NCBI GenBank assembly: GCA_027313145.1
Contig: DAHVEJ010000002.1
Location: 8,843-70,218, forward strand
Direction of reading: 5' to 3'
Source of the DNA: Phycisphaerales bacterium
GTDB taxonomy: Bacteria > Planctomycetota > Phycisphaerae > WQYP01
DNA length: 61,376 nucleotides
The notes under the pieces are model-generated. The model was not told the origin of the DNA and ran no database searches. It saw nothing but the letters and a program-made list of their open reading frames with translations. The position numbers and the translations under genes were made by a program. The stretch's first letter is position 1. Each line of letters opens with the position of its first letter. Positions 29,253 to 38,415 of this stretch are shown here, in pieces.

Positions 29253-30218
29253 ATGCTCGTTCAGGTTACGCATATTACCGAACTGGATTATTCCGCTTTG
29301 ATCAGTGAAACGGTCATGGAATTGCGCATGGCCCCGCGGCAGGAAAGATTGCAGCATCGTTTGTCATTTGTTCTGGGCATCGGCCCGGCTTCGGAAGTCC
29401 ACAGCTACTTTGACTGGCTGGGCAATACCGTTCATACTTTTGCGATTAACCAACTGCACCGGAGTGTTAAAATCTCGGCGGTCAGTGTGGTGCAAACCTA
29501 TGATCGTGCCCGACAAACGATGCAGCCTGCGGATATGTGGCCGCCCAGTGTGCCCACGGATCACAGTCTTTTTGATATGTTGCGACTCGACGGGCCGGTC
29601 ATGGATTGTCCGGCGTTAACCGAACTTGCCCAGGAGATTAAACCGCGCGGTCGGGAATCGCTGGCGCGTGTGGCCCTGAATATCATGGATAAAATCCATG
29701 CGGAATTTGTGTACGAAAAAGGCATCACGAGCGCTTCAAGCACCATTGCGGAAGTGTTGGAGCACCGGCGCGGCGTTTGCCAGGATTTTACCCATTTGAT
29801 GATCGGCCTGGCGCGAAAGCTGCACATTCCGGCGCGGTATGTCAGCGGTTTTATTCATGCCGGAAATCAACAATTTCGGGGAGCCGCGGAAACTCATGCC
29901 TGGTGTGAACTTTATTTTCCCAGCAGCGGCTGGATGGGATACGACCCGACCAACAACTGTGAAGTAAAAGATAACTTTGTGAAAATGGCCGTGGGGCGGC
30001 ATTACATGGATGTTCCACCACATAAAGGGGTTTACCGGGGCAACGCAACGGAAACCATGAAAGTTGAGGTGCATACGATGGATTTACCCGAGATTTCCGG
30101 CAACCTTGTGGGCGAAAAAACTTCGTCGTTGAACGTTCCGATTTTCGGCAGCACGGGCCGTGGGGGCGTTGTGCCATGGATTCTGGAAGAGCAGGTTCAA
30201 CAACAGCAACAGCAATAG
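29253..30218 (+). CDS. Transglutaminase-like cysteine peptidase family protein (Bact_transglu_N + core)
   Basis: N-terminal MLVQVTHITELDY beta-rich domain. Cys in HRRGVCQDFTHL, His in ETHAWCELYF, Asp in GYDPTN. Unusual C-terminal tail ending QVQQQQQQ. Confidence 0.85.
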   Translation: MLVQVTHITELDYSALISETVMELRMAPRQERLQHRLSFVLGIGPASEVHSYFDWLGNTVHTFAINQLHRSVKISAVSVVQTYDRARQTMQPADMWPPSVPTDHSLFDMLRLDGPVMDCPALTELAQEIKPRGRESLARVALNIMDKIHAEFVYEKGITSASSTIAEVLEHRRGVCQDFTHLMIGLARKLHIPARYVSGFIHAGNQQFRGAAETHAWCELYFPSSGWMGYDPTNNCEVKDNFVKMAVGRHYMDVPPHKGVYRGNATETMKVEVHTMDLPEISGNLVGEKTSSLNVPIFGSTGRGGVVPWILEEQVQQQQQQ

Positions 30219-30326
30219 CCGGATTAGCACGGACCTGCTGCCACAAGAGAACATTGCTATCAAACAATGTTGATAAGCGGCAGGCGAAAATGTTAATCAT
30301 TAAAGTCGTCTCGGAGTTTCAAACGT

Positions 30327-33300
30327 ATGGCCATACTTGTCGCCCTGAATCATGTCACACATTATCGCTATGATCGACCGGTTACGTTATCGCCGCAAGT
30401 GGTGCGTTTGCGCCCGGCTCCGCACACGCGCACGCCGATTCGCAGCTATTCACTGCGCGTGTTGCCGGCGAAACATTTTGTCAATTGGCAGCAGGACCCG
30501 TATGCCAACTATCAGGCGCGGCTGGTTTTTTCTGAACTTACCAGGGAATTCCGTGTGGAAGTGGACCTGGTCGCGGAAATGACCGTGATCAATCCCTTTG
30601 ATTTTTTCCTTGAACCTGATGCGGAAATGTATCCCTTCACCTATGACCCGATTGTGCAACGCGAGTTGATGCCCTACCTGGAAACTACAGAGCCTGGGCC
30701 GTTGTTAAAAGAGTTGTTGAAATCCTGCCAACGTAAAGATTTACGGACTCAGGACTTTCTGGTGGAAATGAATAAAAAAATCAATCACCTGCTTAAATAT
30801 CTCATCCGATTGGAACCCGGCGTACAAAGCGTGGAGGAGACGCTGGCGCTGCGGACCGGATCATGCCGAGATTTCGCCTGGTTGCTGGTGAATCTATTTC
30901 GACATTGCGGCCTGGCAGCCCGCTTTGTTTCCGGATATCTGATCCAATTAACGGCCGATGTTAAATCACTGGATGGACCCTCCGGTACGGAAACAGATTT
31001 CACCGATCTGCATGCGTGGGTGGAAGTATTTCTCCCGGGCGCAGGATGGGTCGGCCTGGACGCCACCAGCGGCTTATTTACCGGTGAAGGGCATATTCCG
31101 CTGGCTTGCACGGCCGATCCATCATCCGCAGCGCCGATTTCCGGAGCGGTGGATGAATGTGAGGCAGAGTTTGAATTCAGTATGTCCGTGCGGCGCGTGC
31201 GGGAAGATCCGCGCGTGACCAAACCGTATACGGAAGAACAATGGGAAGGTATCGAATCAATGGGGCATGCCGTGGACGCTTTCCTGGAAAAACACGATGT
31301 GCGTTTGACCATGGGCGGAGAGCCGACGTTTGTGGGTATTGATCAGGTCGATGCGCCGGAATGGAACACCACGGCGCAGGGGACGCACAAACGCCAGTTG
31401 GCCGGGGAATTAATCAAGCGGCTGCATCGCAGGTTTGGTCAAGGCGGCCTGTTGCACTATGGCATAGGCAAGTGGTATCCGGGGGAATCGCTGCCACGTT
31501 GGGCGTTGGCCTGTTACTGGCGTAAAGATGGCCGGCCGATATGGAATGATCCGAAGCTGATCGCCGATGTTGTCGATCAACATCATCACACAGAGCTTAC
31601 CGCGCAAAGCTTTTTGCGGAATCTGACGGATCGACTGCAAGGTGATGTCAATATTTCTCATGCCTTGGCGGGTTATGAGGATGTCTGGTATTACCTGTGG
31701 AAAGAAAGACGCTTGCCGGTCAATGTTGATCCGCTTAACAATAATCTCAAAAATCCCGAAGATCGCGTGCGCTTGGCAAAAATATTTGAACAGGGTCTGG
31801 ATAAGATCGTTGGTTACGCTCTCCCGCTGCGGCCGATCGGTGCTCCGGGGGAGGGAATCTGGCAGACCGGCACCTGGTTCCTGCGGACGCAGCGGCTTTA
31901 TTTAATTCCCGGTGATTCCCCCATGGGATTGCGGCTTGCATTGGATTCTCTTCCCTGGGTTGCCGAGAGCCAGTATCCGCAGCTTTATCCGCGCGATCCC
32001 ATGCAGGATTTGCCTGAATTACCCGATGTGCATAATGGTCAGCAATATCGACGTGGAGCGCCGGAACCGGAACATCAGGTGAATTTGCGTGAACAGCAAT
32101 GGAAGTATGCCGAAGAGGGCCGTTCCTTAGCCTTGGCGCAATACCGTGCGCGCATATCAGAAAATCCATCCCAGAAACCGGAACTCGGGCAGTCGGCCCC
32201 GTATGTGGTGCGCACGGCCATTTGTGTGGAGCCGAGAAATGGCACGCTTCATGTGTTTATGCCGCCTATGCGCTATATTGAGGATTATCTCGAACTGCTG
32301 GCGCGAATCGAAGAAACGGCTGCGGAACTCAAAACTCCCGTAATAATCGAAGGCTATACGCCCCCGGATGATCCACGCGTGGCTCACATAAAAGTAACCC
32401 CGGACCCGGGCGTTATTGAAGTCAATGTTCACGCCGTGAAAACCTGGCAAGAGGCTGTCACCGTTACCACGGGGCTATATGAAGATGCTCATTTCTCCCG
32501 GCTGGGAACGGAGAAATTCATGCTGGACGGGCGACACACGGGTACCGGCGGCGGGAATCATATTGTCATCGGCGGCGCTACGCCCGGCGATTCGCCGTTT
32601 TTACGTCGCCCCGATTTGCTTAAGAGCCTGGTGGCGTATTGGCACAATCATCCGGCGTTATCGTATTTGTTCTCCGGCCTGTTCATCGGTCCCACCAGTC
32701 AGGCTCCCCGGGCTGATGAAGGCCGGCCGGAAATGGTGTATGAACTGGAAATTGCGTTAAATGAACTGGAGCGGCGACAGGGCACCAAGGCGTCACCGTG
32801 GCTGGTGGATCGAATATTCAGGAATTTATTAATTGATTTAACCGGCAACACGCACCGGGCGGAATTCTGCATTGACAAGCTTTATTCCCCGGATTCCTCC
32901 AGCGGACGTCTGGGGCTGGTGGAATTCCGCGGTTTTGAAATGCCTCCGCATGCCCGGATGTCTCTGGCTCAGCAGTTGCTGCTGCGCACGCTGATTGCCC
33001 GATTCTGGAAAACGCCCTATGACACGCCTCTGGTGCGATGGGGCACGGAACTCCATGATCGATTCATGCTGCCGCATTATATCGCGGACGATTTTAAGGA
33101 CGTGCTGCGGGACACCTCCGCTTCGGGTTTTGCGCTGGAATATGATTGGTTCGCCCCGCACTTTGAGTTTCGCTTTCCCCTGCTGGGGGAAATCGAATCT
33201 CTTGCGGCCGGCGGCATGAAGCTGGAATTCCGGCAGGCCATTGAACCGTGGAATGTTCTGGGAGAAGAGCCTGCCGGCGGGGGCACGGTGCGCTACGTGG

Positions 33301-33722
33301 ATTCATCCGTGGAGCGCCTGCAAATTAAAGCGACGGGTATGATCAATACGCGGCATATCATTGCGGTCAATGGCGTGGAGTTGCCGCTGAACGCAACGGG
33401 TCGTAATGGAGAATTTATTGCCGCAGTCCGCTACAGGGCCTGGCAGCCCGGGGCGTGCCTGCATCCGACCATTGGGGTTCACACCCCGTTGGCTTTCGAT
33501 GTGGTGGATACCTGGAATGACCAGGCCGTTGCGGGCTGTACTTACTACGTATCGCACCCCGGAGGAAGATCGTTTGATCAGTTTCCGGTTAACGCGTTTG
33601 AAGCTGAATCGCGACGGATGGCGCGTTTTGTCAAGTTCGGCCATTCGCCCGGTATCCTTCGCCCGCGTAAGGTTGAACGCTCAATGGAGTTTCCATGCAC
33701 CCTGGACTTGCGGCGCTGTTAG
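30327..33722 (+). CDS. Large transglutaminase family protein (Bact_transglu_N + transglutaminase core + DUF2126-type C-terminal region)
   Basis: MAILVALNHVTHYRYDRPV N-domain, RTGSCRDFAWLLV (Cys), DLHAWVEVFLPGAGWVGLDATSG (His/Asp), then about 800 aa matching what I recall of DUF2126 proteins. Confidence 0.85.
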   Translation: MAILVALNHVTHYRYDRPVTLSPQVVRLRPAPHTRTPIRSYSLRVLPAKHFVNWQQDPYANYQARLVFSELTREFRVEVDLVAEMTVINPFDFFLEPDAEMYPFTYDPIVQRELMPYLETTEPGPLLKELLKSCQRKDLRTQDFLVEMNKKINHLLKYLIRLEPGVQSVEETLALRTGSCRDFAWLLVNLFRHCGLAARFVSGYLIQLTADVKSLDGPSGTETDFTDLHAWVEVFLPGAGWVGLDATSGLFTGEGHIPLACTADPSSAAPISGAVDECEAEFEFSMSVRRVREDPRVTKPYTEEQWEGIESMGHAVDAFLEKHDVRLTMGGEPTFVGIDQVDAPEWNTTAQGTHKRQLAGELIKRLHRRFGQGGLLHYGIGKWYPGESLPRWALACYWRKDGRPIWNDPKLIADVVDQHHHTELTAQSFLRNLTDRLQGDVNISHALAGYEDVWYYLWKERRLPVNVDPLNNNLKNPEDRVRLAKIFEQGLDKIVGYALPLRPIGAPGEGIWQTGTWFLRTQRLYLIPGDSPMGLRLALDSLPWVAESQYPQLYPRDPMQDLPELPDVHNGQQYRRGAPEPEHQVNLREQQWKYAEEGRSLALAQYRARISENPSQKPELGQSAPYVVRTAICVEPRNGTLHVFMPPMRYIEDYLELLARIEETAAELKTPVIIEGYTPPDDPRVAHIKVTPDPGVIEVNVHAVKTWQEAVTVTTGLYEDAHFSRLGTEKFMLDGRHTGTGGGNHIVIGGATPGDSPFLRRPDLLKSLVAYWHNHPALSYLFSGLFIGPTSQAPRADEGRPEMVYELEIALNELERRQGTKASPWLVDRIFRNLLIDLTGNTHRAEFCIDKLYSPDSSSGRLGLVEFRGFEMPPHARMSLAQQLLLRTLIARFWKTPYDTPLVRWGTELHDRFMLPHYIADDFKDVLRDTSASGFALEYDWFAPHFEFRFPLLGEIESLAAGGMKLEFRQAIEPWNVLGEEPAGGGTVRYVDSSVERLQIKATGMINTRHIIAVNGVELPLNATGRNGEFIAAVRYRAWQPGACLHPTIGVHTPLAFDVVDTWNDQAVAGCTYYVSHPGGRSFDQFPVNAFEAESRRMARFVKFGHSPGILRPRKVERSMEFPCTLDLRRC

Positions 33723-33774
33723 TTGCGGAAATGATCTGGAATAATCGGGACAATCATGTATAGTTGAAAGGTGT

Positions 33775-36342
33775 ATGACGCTTCAAGAACAACAGGCTGT
33801 GCTGCCCCCGCATTTTGTGAATACCGGATTGTATACCTCCTACAGTCCTTTACCGGGCCGGTATGATGAAATGCTTGATGGGCAAGGGGCGGTGCGGCCG
33901 CACTGGCAGATGTTTTTGAATCTGCTCGATGATCTGGGGCCTGAAAAGTTGCACCATCGTTGGGAAACCGCCCGGCAGCTCATTCATGACAATGGTGTGA
34001 CCTACAACGTCTACGGCGATCCGGCCGGCATGGACCGCCCTTGGCATCTGGATGCACTTCCGGTTGTATTTTCCGCTGCGCAATGGGCGGAGCTGGAAGC
34101 GGGCATTGCCCAGCGTGCCCGGTTGCTTGACGCCATCTTGGATGATCTTTACGGTCCGCAGCACCTGCTTACTGAAAAGATTATTCCACCCGAGCTGCTC
34201 TTTGGCCAAGATTCTTTCCTTCGGCCCCTGCACGGGGTGGTCGTTCCCGGCGCGCGGCGTCTGCATACTTACGCGGCCGATGTGGGACGGGGTGCCGACG
34301 GCCGGTTTGTCGTACTTTCCGACCGAACTCAGGCACCCTCCGGCGCTGGCTATGCTTTGGAAAACCGCATGGTAATTTCCCGGGCGCTGCCCGATGTGTT
34401 TCGGGATTGCCGGGTCAGCCGTCTGGCCACTTTTTTTCGTCGGCTGCGTGAAACGCTTGAGTCTCTCTCGAATCGAGAAGATCCGCGCATCGTGCTGTTG
34501 ACGCCGGGGCCTTATAACGAGACATATTTTGAACATGCCTATCTGGCTCGGTACCTGGGTTACACCTTGGTGGAAGGCGCGGATCTGGTGGTACGCGATA
34601 ATTACGTTTATCTAAAAATGCTCGGTGGATTGAAGCGCGTGGACGTGATTTTTCGACGGCAAGATGATGATTTTTGCGATCCTCTTGAATTGCGGGCCGA
34701 TTCCGCTCTGGGGGTTTCCGGCCTGGTGCAGGCGCTGCATTGCGGAAATGTGGCCGTGGCCAATGCCTTGGGGTCAGGATTAGCGGAGAATCCCGCATTG
34801 ATGATGTTTCTGCCCGCGATTTGTCGTCGCTTATTCAGCGAGGATTTACTGCTGCCTTCGGTGGATTCGTTCTGGTGTGGTAACGCGGAGGCACGGAAGT
34901 ATGTGCTGGATAATCTTCCACAAATGGTCATTAAGCGAGCTTTTAGCTCCCTGCAGGATAAACCGGTTTTCGCGGGGAAATTAAGCCACAATGAACTGGA
35001 TTTACTGCGCAACAAGATCATTGCCGCGCCAACGCTTTTCGTCGGCGAGCATTGCGTTGCGTTATCCACAGCACCGGCGCTGGTGGAAAACCAGGTGCAG
35101 CCGCGCCATGTGGTTTTGCGGCTCCACGCAACGTCCGTTGATGACGGATATTGTATTATGCCGGGCGGGCTGGCCAGATTTTCCGGATCAGCCGATTCCA
35201 TGATTGTGTCCATGCAGCGGGGGGGCGGATCAAAAGATGCGTGGGTTCTCTCGGAGGGTCCGGTTGATTCTTTCAGCTTTCTGCAGCCGGCGGGTCAGCC
35301 GGTGGTATTTTCCCGTGCTCTGGGTGATTTGCCCAGCCGCGTAGCCGATAATCTGTTTTGGTTGGGGCGCTATGAGGAACGGGCGCAGGCCAACGCCCGC
35401 CTGGCGCGCGGAATTGGTATGCGCCTGATGGATCAGACGTTTGACGCCTACGCCGAACTGCCTCTCCTGATCTCCGCCTTAGCCACACAGACCATGTATA
35501 CCCAACCGCCCGAGCGGGAATTTTCGCCGGAAGCTCGACTGGTTGAAATCCTTATGCGTAATAAGCATCCCAACGGCTTTCCGGCCACGCTGCAATCCAT
35601 TTATCGTATTGCCGCCCTGGTGCGGGATCGCATGTCGCTGGATATCTGGCGGATCATCAACCGTCTGGACGAGGATTTTCCGAGGGCCGATACCTTCGAG
35701 CCGGCGTTGTTGGACCTCTTGCCCGCGCTTGATCGGCTGATTATTACGTTTGCGGCTTTTGACGGGCTGACCATGGAATCCATGACCCGCAGCTATGCCT
35801 GGCGGTTTTTAGATATTGGGCGGCGTATCGAGCGCGTGCTGGCTACCCTGACGCTGCTTTCCGAAACGCTGGTACCCGTGGTAAACCGTGAGGGGCCGTT
35901 GTTGGAATCGGTTCTGGAAATTGCCGATTCCATTATTACGTATCGTCGCCGCTATACGACCAACCTCCAAGTTCCACCGGTGTTGGATATGCTGTTAGCC
36001 GATGAAAGCAATCCACGCTCCGCTGTGTTTCAACTCATGCGTTTACAGGAACATCTGGCCAGTCTGAACCCTGAGGGCGTTGGGGCGGGCTTGTCCGCGT
36101 CGGAACGCATTATCTTGCGATTACTTACCGATATACGCCTGGCCGATCTTAACATTCTGGGCCGCGGTGCCGATGGGGATGATAATTGCCGACGCGGACC
36201 GCTTGATCGTCTGTTGAAAATATGGATGGACGAAGTGCGCATGCTGTCGGATGTCATCACCCGGGCGTATCTGGTGCATGTTTCGGAGTCCCGGCAATTG
36301 GGGTTTCAACTTGCGGCACCGATGCCCGAGGCGGCGTCTTAG
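33775..36342 (+). CDS. Fusion of circularly permuted ATP-grasp and alpha-E domains
   Basis: The N-half parallels 26655-28097 (SDRTQAPSGAGYALENR, ETYFEHAYLARYLG, VDVIFRRQDDDFCDP, GGGSKDAWVL). The C-half has the alpha-E hallmark VADNLFWLGRYEERAQANARL. Confidence 0.85.
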   Translation: MTLQEQQAVLPPHFVNTGLYTSYSPLPGRYDEMLDGQGAVRPHWQMFLNLLDDLGPEKLHHRWETARQLIHDNGVTYNVYGDPAGMDRPWHLDALPVVFSAAQWAELEAGIAQRARLLDAILDDLYGPQHLLTEKIIPPELLFGQDSFLRPLHGVVVPGARRLHTYAADVGRGADGRFVVLSDRTQAPSGAGYALENRMVISRALPDVFRDCRVSRLATFFRRLRETLESLSNREDPRIVLLTPGPYNETYFEHAYLARYLGYTLVEGADLVVRDNYVYLKMLGGLKRVDVIFRRQDDDFCDPLELRADSALGVSGLVQALHCGNVAVANALGSGLAENPALMMFLPAICRRLFSEDLLLPSVDSFWCGNAEARKYVLDNLPQMVIKRAFSSLQDKPVFAGKLSHNELDLLRNKIIAAPTLFVGEHCVALSTAPALVENQVQPRHVVLRLHATSVDDGYCIMPGGLARFSGSADSMIVSMQRGGGSKDAWVLSEGPVDSFSFLQPAGQPVVFSRALGDLPSRVADNLFWLGRYEERAQANARLARGIGMRLMDQTFDAYAELPLLISALATQTMYTQPPEREFSPEARLVEILMRNKHPNGFPATLQSIYRIAALVRDRMSLDIWRIINRLDEDFPRADTFEPALLDLLPALDRLIITFAAFDGLTMESMTRSYAWRFLDIGRRIERVLATLTLLSETLVPVVNREGPLLESVLEIADSIITYRRRYTTNLQVPPVLDMLLADESNPRSAVFQLMRLQEHLASLNPEGVGAGLSASERIILRLLTDIRLADLNILGRGADGDDNCRRGPLDRLLKIWMDEVRMLSDVITRAYLVHVSESRQLGFQLAAPMPEAAS

Positions 36343-36388
36343 TAGTGGCTTGTATTTGGACGCGTATGGTAAGTGCGGAAAATAACCT

Positions 36389-37261
36389 ATGCCGGTATAT
36401 AAAGTAAAACATATCACTCGCTACCGTTATCAACAGCCGGTTACCGTTTGTCATCACATTGCGCACCTGCTGCCGCGAGATGCTCCGCACCATAGTTGGA
36501 ATTTTTCCGATCTGGAAATTTCACCCACGGCTGTGCGTACGGACCGTTTAGACTACTTCGGCAATCGACAGACGTTTTTCAGTATCCAGGAGCCACACCG
36601 CGAATTGCTGGTGACTTCGCGCGGGGAAGTTGAAATAACCTCTCCCGCAACCGGACTGCTGTTTTCCAATCAGCCATGGGAGCAGGCCAGAGATAGTCTG
36701 TTTACCAACCCTATTGCGGACTTCGGGCGGGTGGTGCAATTTACCTTTGAATCCCCAAAAATCACGCACACCAGCGAAGCGGCGTCGTATGCCGCCGAAT
36801 CTTTCCCGCCCAATCGGCCGGTTGTCGAAGCATTGGAAGACCTGATGCACCGCATTTATAAGGATTTTCAGTTTGATTCTACGGCCACGACCGTCGGCAC
36901 GAGCGTAGCGGATATCTTCCGTCACCGCAGAGGGGTATGCCAGGATTTTGCCCACCTGGGTATTGCGTGTCTGCGATCGATGGGATTTGCGGCACGTTAT
37001 GTGTCGGGCTATCTGTTGACGCTGCCGCCGCCCGGGAGGCCGCGCCTGGTGGGGGTGGATGCCTCCCATGCCTGGTTTAGCGTTTATGTGCCTGAACTGG
37101 GCTGGCTGGATTTTGATCCGACCAATGATATGATCCCCACCGATCGCCACATAACCATTGCGTATGGTCGTGACTTTTCTGATGTTTCACCCCTGCGCGG
37201 CATGATTCTGGGAGGGGGCAAGCATACAATGTATGTATCCGTTGATGTGGCCCCGGAATAA
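36389..37261 (+). CDS. Transglutaminase-like cysteine peptidase family protein (second small copy)
   Basis: MPVYKVKHITRYRYQQPV N-domain, HRRGVCQDFAHL (Cys), SHAWFSVYVPELGWLDFDPTND (His/Asp). Confidence 0.85.
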   Translation: MPVYKVKHITRYRYQQPVTVCHHIAHLLPRDAPHHSWNFSDLEISPTAVRTDRLDYFGNRQTFFSIQEPHRELLVTSRGEVEITSPATGLLFSNQPWEQARDSLFTNPIADFGRVVQFTFESPKITHTSEAASYAAESFPPNRPVVEALEDLMHRIYKDFQFDSTATTVGTSVADIFRHRRGVCQDFAHLGIACLRSMGFAARYVSGYLLTLPPPGRPRLVGVDASHAWFSVYVPELGWLDFDPTNDMIPTDRHITIAYGRDFSDVSPLRGMILGGGKHTMYVSVDVAPE

Positions 37262-37271
37262 GGACATAACC

Positions 37272-37943
37272 ATGTGCGGACGCTTTACACTGGCCAATCC
37301 GGCGGCCGCATTTAATGCGATGCCATGGCTAACGAACGTGCCAAAAAGTCATCCACGGTATAATATTGCCCCCGGACAGGGGTCGCTGATAATTTGTGAT
37401 CAGTCCGGGCCGGTGGTTCGCTTAGCGCACTGGGGATTTACCCGAAAGCGCGGGGGCCTGACGCGGGACCTGCTGATTAACGCACGTTCGGAAAAGGTGC
37501 TGGAAACGCCCAGTTTCTCAGAGTCCTTTCGGCAGCGCCGCTGTGTGATACCCGCTGACGGATTTTATGAATGGCGAAAAACTGCAAACGCTTCGATCCC
37601 GCACCTTTTTCAACTGACGTCCGGTGCGCCGTTTTGCCTGGCCGGGTTGTATGACCGCTTCGGCGATGACTTGCATTTTGTCATTCTTACCACCGCGGCC
37701 AATGCACTGGTCAAGCCGGTGCATGCGCGTATGCCGGTTATGCTTCCCGTCCAGGAGGCCATGGCTTATATCTCCGCACCGCCGGAGGCTGCGGAAACGC
37801 GCCGATTTTTCCAGCCTTTTGCATCCGAACAGATGCGGTCACACCGCGTGAGCACTCTGGTAAATCGAATAGAAAACGATAGTCCGGCCTGTATCCAATC
37901 GTATGCCCCGCCTTCGGGGGCGCAGGGTGCTTTGTTTTCGTAG
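37272..37943 (+). CDS. SOS response-associated peptidase (SRAP / YedK family, abasic-site DNA-protein crosslinking)
   Basis: Begins MCGRFTL (catalytic Cys2), YNIAPGQ, LINARSE, RRCVIPADGFYEW. ATG at 37272 chosen over the track start at 37233. Confidence 0.85.
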   Translation: MCGRFTLANPAAAFNAMPWLTNVPKSHPRYNIAPGQGSLIICDQSGPVVRLAHWGFTRKRGGLTRDLLINARSEKVLETPSFSESFRQRRCVIPADGFYEWRKTANASIPHLFQLTSGAPFCLAGLYDRFGDDLHFVILTTAANALVKPVHARMPVMLPVQEAMAYISAPPEAAETRRFFQPFASEQMRSHRVSTLVNRIENDSPACIQSYAPPSGAQGALFS

Positions 37944-38042
37944 CGTGCTTTATTAAGCACCCGTAATCCTTATTTGCTCTGCAATCGACTCTATGCATGG
38001 TCGTTGGGTATAATACGGCAGGCAGTATAAGGAAGGCAGTCT

Positions 38043-38390
38043 ATGTCACAAAAGACCAAACCAATCGATTTCACGCGCCGCAAGTGCAAAGCTTGCGAAG
38101 GCGGGGTTAAGCCGTACAGTGAAGCACAGATCCATAAACTGCTAAAATCGCTTCCGGACTGGGAATTTAGCAACGGTTCGCTGGTTCGAGCGTTTGAATT
38201 TATGAATTTCTACCAGACCATGGCGTTTGTCAATACCGTGGCTTGGTTGGCGAATATGGAGAATCATCATCCGGATATGGAAGTTGGGTATAGCCGATGT
38301 GTGATACGGTATAACACGCATGCCATAGGCGGAATATCGGAAAATGACTTCATATGTGCCGCTAAAATAAACGCGATGCTGGCCCTGTAA
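38043..38390 (+). CDS. 4a-hydroxytetrahydrobiopterin (pterin-4-alpha-carbinolamine) dehydratase
   Basis: C-x2-C N-terminal tail, then the family core FMNFYQTMAFVNTVAWLANMENHHPDMEVGYSRCVIRYNTHAIGGISENDF. Confidence 0.85.
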   Translation: MSQKTKPIDFTRRKCKACEGGVKPYSEAQIHKLLKSLPDWEFSNGSLVRAFEFMNFYQTMAFVNTVAWLANMENHHPDMEVGYSRCVIRYNTHAIGGISENDFICAAKINAMLAL

Positions 38391-38415
38391 TACCGTTTCT
38401 CATGGGAAGGAAGTT

